From Bacteriovoracaceae bacterium (lineage in GTDB: Bacteria; Bdellovibrionota; Bacteriovoracia; Bacteriovoracales; Bacteriovoracaceae): a stretch of DNA of 20,000 nucleotides. Location of the stretch: assembly GCA_018649885.1 (NCBI GenBank), contig JABIHA010000127.1, positions 50,238 through 70,237 on the forward strand, read 5' to 3'. The position numbers were made by a program, and so were the translations under genes. The notes under the pieces are model-generated. The model did not search any database and was not told the origin of the DNA. It saw only the letters and a program-made list of their open reading frames with translations. Position 1 is the stretch's first letter. Each line of letters starts with the position of its first letter. Below are positions 1 through 8,735 of this stretch, in pieces.

Positions 1-522
1 GGTGGAATTGATCTTGAAATTGGCTGTGGTGTTGGGCTCCATCCCCTACAGTATTGTGCAAAGCATCCTGAAAGATTTCTGATCGCCATTGAGAGAACAA
101 GTGAGCGCTTTTCGAAATTTGAAAGAAGAATAGGTACTCACAATACTCCAGAAAACTTGCTCGCCATAAGAGATGATGCCATATCATATATTACTCACAA
201 TCTTCCACTTAACAGTGTTAATCGCGTTTTTCTCCTCTACCCTAACCCTTACCCAAAAACTAGACACCTAAACAAAAGGTGGCATGCTATGCCCTTTATG
301 AGGCAACTTAAAAGTGTACTGAGAAGTGGGGGAGAAATCGTTTTGGCCACTAATGAAAAGTTCTATGCTGATGAGGCCAAAAAATATATGTGTTCGTACT
401 GGGGGTTTGAGTTAGTGGAAGATGTGGAGCTTGCTTTTGACTTCCTTGGAAGAACTCATTTTGAGAGAAAGTACCTGGAGAGAAAGCAAAGTTGTTACAA
501 CTTGATTTTTAGGAAGCTATAA
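1..522 (+). CDS. TrmB-like class I SAM-dependent methyltransferase, 5'-truncated by the window edge
   Basis: Frame 1 is open from base 1: GGIDLEIGCGVG (SAM motif I), IAIE, LYPNPYPKTRH (cf. TrmB FPDPW.K.RH), LATN (cf. ATD), THFERKY (cf. T.FE.K). Confidence 0.8.
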   Translation, partial: GGIDLEIGCGVGLHPLQYCAKHPERFLIAIERTSERFSKFERRIGTHNTPENLLAIRDDAISYITHNLPLNSVNRVFLLYPNPYPKTRHLNKRWHAMPFMRQLKSVLRSGGEIVLATNEKFYADEAKKYMCSYWGFELVEDVELAFDFLGRTHFERKYLERKQSCYNLIFRKL

Positions 523-1650
523 AATTGTATTGTGCTGGAGAAGTTTTAAAAGATTGTCTTTTTCTTCTTTTGAAAGTGATTTTACATAATTTCCCAGCAG
601 TGATTTGAGAGAATCTTGACTCTTTGTTTTAGGAACCACAATCCATGACCAGATATTCATAAATGACTGTTCCATCTCTCCTGGTGTATCTTGGAATTGG
701 TCTTGTATCTCACTACCTTGATCAATTAGATCCCAAAGAGTAGTTGTCACTCTACCTGAAACGCTTTCTCCTTCATGCCAATCACTTCCACTGTGCTCCC
801 AGCCGAAAGTACTGCCATCAAATAAATATGTGGTGCTTGATTGACTTATGCCTAGAGAGAAAAATCTAGCGGTTCCATTAATGTATGCACACTTAGGTGA
901 CCAAACAAGGTGGATGGGGTGATTAATTTTGCAAGACTCGTATATCCCCGCATTATCTAGCAGTGCAAATGCATAGTAGTAGTTGATAATGTCTTTGGCC
1001 TTAATGTAGCTATGTGGAACAAACACTTGTTTAGTAATACTGTCGTAGCCAATTCTTTTTGTGAGACCTGGATACCAAGTGACATTGATTCCACCAAAAG
1101 CTCCATGGTTTTTGAGCCCTACTACTTTTGAATTCTTTAATCTATTTCCAATTTCAACTAGATCAGAGGTTAGCCACCAAGCTTCTACTAAAGGAGAGAA
1201 ATCTAGGATGAAGGACTTAAAGAAATCTGATTCTACCAAGAGGTTTTCATTTCCTTTTTTAATTTCATGCCATCCTATGCTGTAGGCGTATGGGGACCTA
1301 TTTCCGGAGAGGTCTGCCTTACCCACAACCTGGTAATGTTGAAGGCCTGTGCTTGGAAAATACATCACTGATTTGGAAAGGATCTCGATGGTGATCAAGG
1401 ATTTACTCGCCATAAAACGATCGTCTAGTGATAAATAAAAGAAGCCGCTTTTATCTGTGATACCTGTAGCGAGAGTGTGGCCAACTTTATTTTTTGCCAT
1501 GACGACCATTTGTCCCATGGGTTGCCAGGTGTAATTTCTTGAAGGTCCGATAACTTCGCGAGGAATAATAAGAAAACGCCCGCTTACCGAAGTCGCGCAG
1601 TGAGCAAATGTAGAAGCAAATACTAGAACTAAAATAAATGCATACTTCAA
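517..1650 (-). CDS. Secreted hypothetical protein, possibly a degenerate gluzincin metallopeptidase-like fold
   Basis: 377-aa ORF with TTG start and signal peptide MKYAFILVLVFASTFAHC. AYINGTARFF and E..V...LWDLID resemble motifs of secreted M4/M36-like proteins. No HExxH. Confidence 0.65.
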   Translation of the reverse strand: MKYAFILVLVFASTFAHCATSVSGRFLIIPREVIGPSRNYTWQPMGQMVVMAKNKVGHTLATGITDKSGFFYLSLDDRFMASKSLITIEILSKSVMYFPSTGLQHYQVVGKADLSGNRSPYAYSIGWHEIKKGNENLLVESDFFKSFILDFSPLVEAWWLTSDLVEIGNRLKNSKVVGLKNHGAFGGINVTWYPGLTKRIGYDSITKQVFVPHSYIKAKDIINYYYAFALLDNAGIYESCKINHPIHLVWSPKCAYINGTARFFSLGISQSSTTYLFDGSTFGWEHSGSDWHEGESVSGRVTTTLWDLIDQGSEIQDQFQDTPGEMEQSFMNIWSWIVVPKTKSQDSLKSLLGNYVKSLSKEEKDNLLKLLQHNTIL

Positions 1651-1772
1651 AAAAAAGACCCCCGATTTGGATTCCGAACATACCTTGCCAGTGGGTCAAT
1701 GTCATCCAAAAAGGAATCATGTTTTACTCTATGTGGTTGAAAATAGGGACGAAAAATACCTGACGAAAACAC

Positions 1773-1800
1773 TAAGGTTTATTCGGTAAGCGTCCGAAAG
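1773..1800 (+). promoter_or_regulatory. Possible sigma28 (FliA)-like promoter
   Basis: TAAGGTTT-N12-TCCGAAAG vs consensus TAAAGTTT-N11-GCCGATAA; lies upstream of the Hpt gene. Confidence 0.3.
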
Positions 1801-1875
1801 GCCTTGTGAACAATTTGTATTGAGGAGTGTGTTATAAAAATTAGTGATGAGCTCAAAGATTTACTTCCCTGTGCA

Positions 1876-2262
1876 ATGCCAAAGTTGGCCTTGAAGACGG
1901 CCAGGTTAGCTCAGCTGTGTAGCTCACTTAGAAAAGATGGCTACCGCATCGAGCTGTTCCACGACTTTAAGCATGAAGTTCATTCTTTCAAGGAGCTTGG
2001 TAGTCTTTTTGGCATTGAGTTTGTGACAAATATTACTCACTACCTCGAAGATTACACTCAATTTATGATGACTCTACCTATGCCCTCAAAAGATCATCAA
2101 TATCATCTTGAAGGCTATATTGAGCTACTTCTGGACTATGTTGCACAGATCGCTATTGGAATTGATTTCGACACAGGTATTTGGGTCACTGAGTTTCACC
2201 AGCACTTAGTCAAAGAAAATATGTTGCGCGAAAATAGAGAAGTTGCTAGTTGTAGTAAATAA
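1876..2262 (+). CDS. Stand-alone Hpt (CheA P1-like) domain protein; start may be the ATA at 1834
   Basis: FKHEVHSFKELGSLFGIEFVTNITHYLEDY matches the Hpt pattern FR..HS.KG....G......H..E. The frame is open upstream to a GAGGAG RBS at 1822-1827. Confidence 0.6.
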   Translation: MPKLALKTARLAQLCSSLRKDGYRIELFHDFKHEVHSFKELGSLFGIEFVTNITHYLEDYTQFMMTLPMPSKDHQYHLEGYIELLLDYVAQIAIGIDFDTGIWVTEFHQHLVKENMLRENREVASCSK

Positions 2263-2283
2263 ATCTCTATCCTTTGAGCGCTG

Positions 2284-2979
2284 ATGAAAAAAAAAGTCGC
2301 AATCGCAATATTTGTAAAAACCCCCAAATTTTCATCTTGTAAAAGTCGCTTGGCCAAAACAATTGGCACTAGTGCTGCCGTTAAGTTTCATTTATTCTCC
2401 TCAAATATTGTGGGAGAAACAGTATCTAGTGTGACTCAGGCCCAAGGGTTTTGGTCAATCGCTGAGCTTGAAGCAATGGATGGCGAATACTGGGGTGGTG
2501 GATTAAAAAAAATCCATCAAGGAAAAGGATCTTTAGGGGAGAGACTGGATAGAGTTTACCAAACTCTGTCACAAGACTTCGAAAAAGTGATCTTCCTTGG
2601 AGCTGATTGTCCACAAGTTGAAAAATCTCAAATCGATCATGCCTTAAAAAAACTTGAAAAAGCTGATTTTGTATTTGGTCCTTCAGAAGATGGAGGTTTT
2701 TATCTATTTGGTGGAGCCGCGCCCATCTCTAGAGAAATTTGGAATGAAACTCGCTACAGCGAAAGTGACACCTTAGCTCAAATTTCCAGAAGCTTAAAAT
2801 CCATTGGTAGTGTTGAGATTATTGAAAGTCTATTTGATGTAGATCATTTTGATGAATTTAAAAAATTAGGCACTGCTCTAGGAAGCTTTCAAAACTTGAC
2901 TCCAAAAAAGAAAGAGTTACTTAATTTTATTGATCACTTAGTTGAAGAGCAGGAAGCTCCTCCAAGTACACAAAACTGA
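2284..2979 (+). CDS. TIGR04282/DUF2064 family transferase (arsenosugar/rSAM-associated, CofC-like fold)
   Basis: IFVKTP..KSRLA, G.LGERL, FLGADCP, GPSEDGGFYLFG and LFDVD motifs. Confidence 0.88.
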   Translation: MKKKVAIAIFVKTPKFSSCKSRLAKTIGTSAAVKFHLFSSNIVGETVSSVTQAQGFWSIAELEAMDGEYWGGGLKKIHQGKGSLGERLDRVYQTLSQDFEKVIFLGADCPQVEKSQIDHALKKLEKADFVFGPSEDGGFYLFGGAAPISREIWNETRYSESDTLAQISRSLKSIGSVEIIESLFDVDHFDEFKKLGTALGSFQNLTPKKKELLNFIDHLVEEQEAPPSTQN

Positions 2980-3860
2980 GCGCAAAACTTGTGGGCCAGA
3001 TGTACTCTTGATAGAGACTCTTTAAGTGAATATCCCATCTCAAATTTGGGGTCATATGCTAGGAGTGTACAAGGCATAACCACTATTCGTGATTCTCCCT
3101 TTTTCTTAATGACCATCCTCTGTGTTGCACACATCTGATCTTCTGGTCTTTTACCGAGTATACTCCAGCAACCAGTACTTATTTCAGGGACATTTTTTTG
3201 TAGATCCATCTCGGGGAAGATCACCAACTTTTTCTCGATATCAATACTTATACCATGAGAATTTAATAATCTTTGGTAGCTGCATTTTGCATCAGTACTA
3301 GTTTCTTCTTTGAGAGATCTTCCAGCAATTGAAATATTAAATCGGCTCACAAATAACCACTCAACCATCTTTAGACACGAATCAAATGTGCCTTGCCCTC
3401 TTTCCTTCTCATGCAGTTCTTTTGTATGGTGATCAAGTGATATCCTGATATGCAATTTGTCACTATAGCGTACTAACAAACTTAAAAGAGCAATTTTGTG
3501 CCTTTCTAAAACTCTGTGAGCATTGGTCAGCACTAGTACTTCGAATCCACGGGATAGAATTTCTTCTAAAATTTCTATGATTTGTGGATTCAAAAATGGT
3601 TCACCGCCGGTTAAACCTATTAAATTTGTGGTCATCTGATTTTCTTTGATTTCGTCAAGAAAAGGTGTGATATCTTTTGTTTCAATGAAAGACAGCCTGT
3701 CATTGCTAGGAGAGGATTCAATATAACAGTTCTTGCAGCTAAGGTTGCATTTTGTGCCAGTATTAAACCAAAGAGTTTTTAGTAGCTGAAAATCAACAAA
3801 GGCCCTTTGTTTCCCACATACTGTGGACTCTGGGTTTTTAAAGTAGAGGTTAGTATCCAT
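2934..3860 (-). CDS. Radical SAM protein, ArsS-related by context; likely start ATG 3860
   Basis: CNLSCKNC (CxxxCxxC), LTGGEPF, VLTN, ISLD, RGQGTF; Cys-rich C-terminus CAQFCVLGGASC. ATG 3860 overlaps the DUF547 stop (translational coupling). Confidence 0.88.
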   Translation of the reverse strand: MDTNLYFKNPESTVCGKQRAFVDFQLLKTLWFNTGTKCNLSCKNCYIESSPSNDRLSFIETKDITPFLDEIKENQMTTNLIGLTGGEPFLNPQIIEILEEILSRGFEVLVLTNAHRVLERHKIALLSLLVRYSDKLHIRISLDHHTKELHEKERGQGTFDSCLKMVEWLFVSRFNISIAGRSLKEETSTDAKCSYQRLLNSHGISIDIEKKLVIFPEMDLQKNVPEISTGCWSILGKRPEDQMCATQRMVIKKKGESRIVVMPCTLLAYDPKFEMGYSLKESLSRVHLAHKFCAQFCVLGGASCSSTK

Positions 3861-4617
3861 TAAGATTCCAATCATAGTCCATGTAATCAATTCTAGTCGA
3901 TTTATTCTTTATGAGTTGTTGCTCAGAAATATCTTGGGTAAAGTAAGTTGCTAGAAAATTTGGGACACTACCAAACTTTTTCTTAAAGTCACCTTTGTAC
4001 CATTTAAAAATTTTACTCAAATTAAGTGTCTGCTTTTTTAAGTTCCAGCGATTTTTTTTCCTATCAGTAATAAAAGAAAAAGTGGCCTTTTCAAGTTGAG
4101 AATTTAAAGAGGTTGGGTAGAAGGCTTCAGGGTATAGGTTTGGGCAACCAATAGACGCGCAGTTCACTGCAAAGTGAATCCTGGGTTCATTGAAGTTTTT
4201 TCTAATCATGTCGTGCTCAATACCATCGAGACTTCTTTCTTCTTCAAGGAGAATGAAAAATTTCTTTTTCCAAGGACTGGTAAAAAGTGAGCCCAGCTTT
4301 TTAATTGATTCTAATGGGAAATTATCTACTATGAGTTTTACGGTGAAGGCATTGTAAGCATTGATCAGAAATGCCAGCTTTTCATTTTTTGAAAATGCAT
4401 TGTATTCTTTTTTACTTACAGCAGTTAAGCTACCCAGGTATTTAACCAAAAGATTTTTTTCTTTTTTTACTCCACGGTAATTTACCAAGTTTTGCTTACC
4501 ATTTTTTCTCATATTCTTTTTGAGAATCATTGACCACTCTCTATGCGAGTGATCGAAGGCGTAAGAATTCGATAGGACAAAAAATGCGCAAATTGTGAAT
4601 AGTGATTTTAGCAACAT
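3850..4617 (-). CDS. DUF547 domain exported protein
   Basis: Signal peptide; LAFLINAYNA, LDGIEH, EPRIHFAVNCASIGCP, LSKIFKWY..DF, YDWNLN. Confidence 0.9.
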   Translation of the reverse strand: MLLKSLFTICAFFVLSNSYAFDHSHREWSMILKKNMRKNGKQNLVNYRGVKKEKNLLVKYLGSLTAVSKKEYNAFSKNEKLAFLINAYNAFTVKLIVDNFPLESIKKLGSLFTSPWKKKFFILLEEERSLDGIEHDMIRKNFNEPRIHFAVNCASIGCPNLYPEAFYPTSLNSQLEKATFSFITDRKKNRWNLKKQTLNLSKIFKWYKGDFKKKFGSVPNFLATYFTQDISEQQLIKNKSTRIDYMDYDWNLNGY

Positions 4618-5663
4618 GATCCCTCCGTAGAGTTTTTGCCACTAACCCCTTCAAATGGTGATGAACTACCACAGCCAGGAAAAATGCCATAATGGTCGTC
4701 AAAGGTTCCATAAAAATCGAAATGTTTTTCAAAACGAGTATTTTTTAACATCAAAAATGTATTTCCACAGACTTTCTCCAACTTTGCTTTTTCAAAGTTG
4801 TGATGGCCATCTAAATCAAATGATGTGGGTTGTTCTGAAATTGTTCCTTTATAGGCCACACTCTGTCCATAATCTTCACAGTCATCCTCAAGTCCATCAA
4901 CTTTAAATAGTCTGTAGGTTAGGGAGTAAAATTCTGTTCCCTCTAGTTTTTCTTTGATCGAATCATTTTCAATGGTAATTGGTTTTTTGCTAACACAACG
5001 AGCATCACGAAAGCCCACGGCCTTTGCAATCTTCAAAAAATCATTCCAGTAAAGAGCTCCACTAAGACATTCTCCGTAGAGAACTGGATCAGCTTGCAAT
5101 TCGGCTGATATTCTTCTGCTGGCGTAAACATCTGAGAAATAGAATTCGCCACCAGACTTTAATTTGTTGAAACAATCTCTTAGAACTTTTTCTTTATTTT
5201 TACATAAGTTAATCACGCAGTTTGAAATGATTAAATCAAAGTAATCATTTTTAAGGGGAGTTTCTTCCATTTCATCAATATTGCCTTTGATAAAACTAAT
5301 ATTGGGTTTTTGGTAAGAAAATTTCTCCGTGTGATAATCTACATACTTATTTGCAACGAGAAGTTGCTCATCTGTCATATCAAGACCTACAACTTCACCA
5401 CTTTCACCCACGAGTTTTGAGGTGATATAAGCATCTCTGCCACTTCCAGATCCAAGATCGAGAACTTTAAGGCCTGCTAGCTCACTGGGAATGGCAAGAC
5501 CACAGCCGTAATACTTTCTATGAACTTCATCATGGACTAAGGACATTGCCTCTTTGATAAAATTTGGCGGCGGCTCTAATGTGCAGCACGCGTTTGTTTT
5601 TAAATCATCAGACTCTTTTAATTCTTTTCCGTAGTACTCTTGAACTTCTTGGTGGATGTCCAT
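4608..5663 (-). CDS. arsM: Arsenite methyltransferase (ArsM/AS3MT family)
   Basis: V.EYYG...LKTNACC, YYGCG, VLDLGSGSGRD, GLDMT, ISNCVINL, GECLSGALY cover the four conserved AS3MT/ArsM cysteine positions; C-terminal GSCC. Confidence 0.82.
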   Translation of the reverse strand: MDIHQEVQEYYGKELKESDDLKTNACCTLEPPPNFIKEAMSLVHDEVHRKYYGCGLAIPSELAGLKVLDLGSGSGRDAYITSKLVGESGEVVGLDMTDEQLLVANKYVDYHTEKFSYQKPNISFIKGNIDEMEETPLKNDYFDLIISNCVINLCKNKEKVLRDCFNKLKSGGEFYFSDVYASRRISAELQADPVLYGECLSGALYWNDFLKIAKAVGFRDARCVSKKPITIENDSIKEKLEGTEFYSLTYRLFKVDGLEDDCEDYGQSVAYKGTISEQPTSFDLDGHHNFEKAKLEKVCGNTFLMLKNTRFEKHFDFYGTFDDHYGIFPGCGSSSPFEGVSGKNSTEGSCC

Positions 5664-7798
5664 ACTTTTTCACCTCGCACATAGCTATGAAATTTTTCTA
5701 TAAATCTTAAAAGTTTTTCTGGTTTTCTATTTTGCTTATAAACTCCGGCCAGGTATTTATTTGCCTCGCTCATTGTTGGGTAGGGATGAATAGTTCCCAG
5801 TATTTTATTTAACCCCAATCCATGCTTCATAGCAAAGGTAAATTCGCTTAAAAGCTCTCCAGCATTGTATCCAACTATGGTGGCACCTAAAATTCTATCA
5901 CTTCCTGTCTTGGTGATTACCTTCACAAATCCTGCTGCTTCACCTTCACAAATGGCCCTATCCAAATCATCTATGCCATATTTTGTGACTTCATATGAAA
6001 GTCCTTGCTCTTTAGCTGCTCTCTCATTCACTCCCACAGTTGCAACCTCTGGATCGAGATAGGTGCACCAAGGAATTGTTTGATAGTCCACCTTGAATTT
6101 CTTCACTGCACCAAAGAGTGCATTAACAGATGTGTACCAAGCTTGATGGGCCGCTACGTGAGTTAGCTGATAGGGCCCTGTTACATCTCCGCAGGCGTAT
6201 ATATTGGGATAGTTTGTCTGTAGATACTCATTGGCCTCTATAGTGCCATTTCTTCTTAGTTCAACCCCTAGCTCTTCAAGGCCAAATCCTTTGGTGTTTG
6301 CCTTTCTTCCAACTGCCACTAGCACCTTATCAAATTCGATGATGACTTCACCGATAGCACTAGAGCAAGTAAGCCGGTTACCCTTAAACTTAATGGCCTT
6401 GTGAGTTGTGAGAATATTGACTCCTTCTTTTTCGAGCTTATTTTTGACAAATTCACTGACTTCCTCATCTTCTCTAGCTAAAAGCAAGGGCGCCATTTCT
6501 ACAACGCTAACACTTGAGCCCAGTCTATTAAATGTTTGTGCCATTTCTAGACCTATTGGTCCTCCTCCTAGAACAATAAGTCTTTTGGGAAGCTCTTCTA
6601 ATTTCCAAAGATTTTCAGATGTTAATACATCTGCTTTTTCAATCCCTGGAATTGGGGGGACAAATGGTGAGGCACCCGTTGCAACGACAATATTTTTTGT
6701 TTTAATAATTTGGCCGTTAACTTCGACTTCCCAAGGAGATATAATTTTGGCCTCTCCAGAGAAACATTCAACTCCCAGAGATGAATACCTTTCCACAGAG
6801 TCATGGGGTTCAATTTTTTCTATAACCTTTTGAACTCGATTCATTACATTTTTAAAGTCGAATTCTATTTCAGTACTTGTTAATCCCAGCTCATTTGCCT
6901 TTTTGGCCATATGAAGAATTTTTGCTGATTTAATAATTGCCTTTGAGGGGACACATCCCGTGTTGAGGCAATCACCTCCCATTTTATCTTTTTCAATTAA
7001 GGCGACTCTAGCTTTAACAGCGGCTCCAATATAAGATGTCACAAGTCCAGCTGCTCCTCCTCCGATGGCCACAATATTGTAGTCAAACACCTCGGGCTTT
7101 TTGAACTTTTTGTAAACAGAGTTTGCTTTAAATTTATCTACAATCTTTTTTGAGATAATTGGAATTAGGCCAAGTACGGTGAATGAGAGAAGGATTGAAG
7201 GAGATAGTATGCCTGAGATCGATTTTAATTTTGAGAGCTGAAGTCCTGCATTAACATAGGCCATAGTCCCTAGAATCATCCCTATTTGGCTGACGAAAAA
7301 ATAAGTGTGAGTTTTAATTTTGGTAAGGCCCATTACAAGGTTAACTAAAAAGAAAGGGAAAAGAGGAACCAGCCTTAAAGAGAAGAGGTAGAATGCTCCC
7401 TCTTTTTCAATTCCCTTATTAATTGAGTTGATCTTGCTGGCAAATTTCTTTTCAACAAAATCTCTTAAAACTAACCTTGCCACCAAAAAAGCCAGCGTTG
7501 CTCCTATGGTACTGGCAAAGGAAACAATGATTGTCCCAGTAACAAATCCAAATATCGCACCACCAACCAAGGTAAGAACAGTCGCGCCTGGAAGTGATAG
7601 TGCGGTAGAGACAATATAAATGAGAGCATAACTGCCAATAGTTAATATTTGATTTTGAGCATAAAAAGATCTGATGGAATCTAAATTTTGTTGGAAGTAA
7701 TCCAGACTTAGATATGATTGAAGATTAAAAATCTTTACTACGGCTAGTAAAATTAAAATTAATAAAATTATCAAAATTTTTGTTTGCTTCTTTTTCAT
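5618..7798 (-). CDS. DedA/VTT (TVP38) domain fused to a pyridine nucleotide-disulfide oxidoreductase (MerA/LpdA-like)
   Basis: N-terminal TM region with LPGA..L...GG..FG and LRLVPLFPFFLVN; then IGGGAAG, GGDCLNTGCVPSK, LGGGPIGLE, ACGDV, IHPYPT.SE. Lacks the MerA C-terminal Cys pair. Confidence 0.92.
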   Translation of the reverse strand: MKKKQTKILIILLILILLAVVKIFNLQSYLSLDYFQQNLDSIRSFYAQNQILTIGSYALIYIVSTALSLPGATVLTLVGGAIFGFVTGTIIVSFASTIGATLAFLVARLVLRDFVEKKFASKINSINKGIEKEGAFYLFSLRLVPLFPFFLVNLVMGLTKIKTHTYFFVSQIGMILGTMAYVNAGLQLSKLKSISGILSPSILLSFTVLGLIPIISKKIVDKFKANSVYKKFKKPEVFDYNIVAIGGGAAGLVTSYIGAAVKARVALIEKDKMGGDCLNTGCVPSKAIIKSAKILHMAKKANELGLTSTEIEFDFKNVMNRVQKVIEKIEPHDSVERYSSLGVECFSGEAKIISPWEVEVNGQIIKTKNIVVATGASPFVPPIPGIEKADVLTSENLWKLEELPKRLIVLGGGPIGLEMAQTFNRLGSSVSVVEMAPLLLAREDEEVSEFVKNKLEKEGVNILTTHKAIKFKGNRLTCSSAIGEVIIEFDKVLVAVGRKANTKGFGLEELGVELRRNGTIEANEYLQTNYPNIYACGDVTGPYQLTHVAAHQAWYTSVNALFGAVKKFKVDYQTIPWCTYLDPEVATVGVNERAAKEQGLSYEVTKYGIDDLDRAICEGEAAGFVKVITKTGSDRILGATIVGYNAGELLSEFTFAMKHGLGLNKILGTIHPYPTMSEANKYLAGVYKQNRKPEKLLRFIEKFHSYVRGEKVWTSTKKFKSTTEKN

Positions 7799-7840
7799 AC
7801 TCGCCTATATATTTATTTCAGGTTCATCCCGGTTACCTTT

Positions 7841-7870
7841 GTTAGTGTGCCGAGATGGTATATTGTTACA
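7841..7870 (-). promoter_or_regulatory. Putative ECF sigma promoter, copy 1 (TGTAAC-N16-ACACTAAC), for the reductase-arsM-DUF547-rSAM operon
   Basis: Minus strand tgtaac aatataccatctcggc acactaac, about 43 nt upstream of ATG 7798; same motif and spacing at 8381 and 10033. Confidence 0.7.
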
Positions 7871-7906
7871 CAAGATTATTTATTAAAAGGTGCAAGCATT
7901 AAAGTA

Positions 7907-8479
7907 GTGGACCCCGAATTTACCCAGAAGTTGAAAAATGGAGATAAAGACGCCATGTCTAAAATCGTCCATGACTACTCGTCCCATCTATTCAAAGCAG
8001 CTCTGGGTCTAGGTTTTGATGAAAATGAGTCCAAAGAGTTGACTCAAAAAACCATGGTTAAATTCGTGGAAGTGGTCCATAAATTTGAGGGTAGGTCTCA
8101 TATTCGGACCTTTTTATTCGGCATTTTCTATAATCACGTTCATGAGGCGAGAAGATCCTTCAAAAAGGCCCAAAGCCATGACCCTATTGATGAAGTGGCG
8201 GAGTCGATGTTCGATGAGCGTGGCAATTGGCAAAAAGATGCCAGGGTAAGTTCCCCAGAAAAGTTTTTAGAAGCCTGTCAAACTATGGATATCATTGAAT
8301 TATGCTTAGATAAGTTACCCATAAGACAGAAGATGGCCTTCACACTAAAATTTGTTGATTCCGCCGAAACGAGTGAAATATGTAACTTATTGACGGTTTC
8401 TGACACTAACCTAAGACAGCTGCTTTTTAGAGCAAAGAGTAGGCTGAGACTCTGTGTTGAGTCTCACATGAATAAATAA
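7907..8479 (+). CDS. ECF sigma-70 factor; start probably GTG 7907 or ATT 7898 rather than 7784
   Basis: Region 2 ELTQKT...FEGRSHIRTFLFGI; FDERGNW; region 4 LDKLP.RQK.AF.LK.....EIC..L......RQLLFRAKSRLR.C. Confidence 0.9.
   Translation: MDPEFTQKLKNGDKDAMSKIVHDYSSHLFKAALGLGFDENESKELTQKTMVKFVEVVHKFEGRSHIRTFLFGIFYNHVHEARRSFKKAQSHDPIDEVAESMFDERGNWQKDARVSSPEKFLEACQTMDIIELCLDKLPIRQKMAFTLKFVDSAETSEICNLLTVSDTNLRQLLFRAKSRLRLCVESHMNK
8381..8410 (+). promoter_or_regulatory. Putative ECF promoter, copy 2, embedded in sigma region 4 and pointing at the anti-sigma gene
   Basis: tgtaac ttattgacggtttctg acactaac: 14/14 box positions identical to copy 1 with the same 16-nt spacer; 80 nt before ATG 8490. Confidence 0.6.
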
Positions 8480-8489
8480 GGACGCGAGA

Positions 8490-8735
8490 ATGTTAAGTTG
8501 CAAAGAACTTTACGAACATTTGGCCAGTGGCAAAGAGCTTACTAGGATCCAAAAGCTTCAGTATCCTATGCACCTTTTTATGTGTCACAACTGCAAAAAA
8601 ATTGCCTCTCAATTTAAAACCATAAATTCTAGCTTTAAAAAAGTCGTGACCAAGAGAATGGAAAAGGCAAGTGAAGATAAAATTAGCGAGCTGGAAAAAA
8701 GCGTTTGGGAAGAAGTAGAGCGTAAAATTTCTTAA
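8490..8735 (+). CDS. Soluble zinc-binding anti-sigma factor (ZAS, zf-HC2)
   Basis: MLSCKE...HLFMCHNC (HxxxCxxC); 10 nt after the sigma stop; no TM segment. Confidence 0.88.
   Translation: MLSCKELYEHLASGKELTRIQKLQYPMHLFMCHNCKKIASQFKTINSSFKKVVTKRMEKASEDKISELEKSVWEEVERKIS

Noticed and set aside
1746..1775. ACACTAA as a fourth ECF promoter
   Set aside because: No TGTMAC 16 nt upstream. The nearby GACGAAAA direct repeat is too short to call.
5618..7798. Mercuric reductase merA
   Set aside because: No C-terminal Cys pair, no NmerA domain and no mer genes in the window.
7784..7897. Long N-terminal extension of the sigma factor
   Set aside because: It overlaps the divergent gene start and its promoter, and is not sigma-like.
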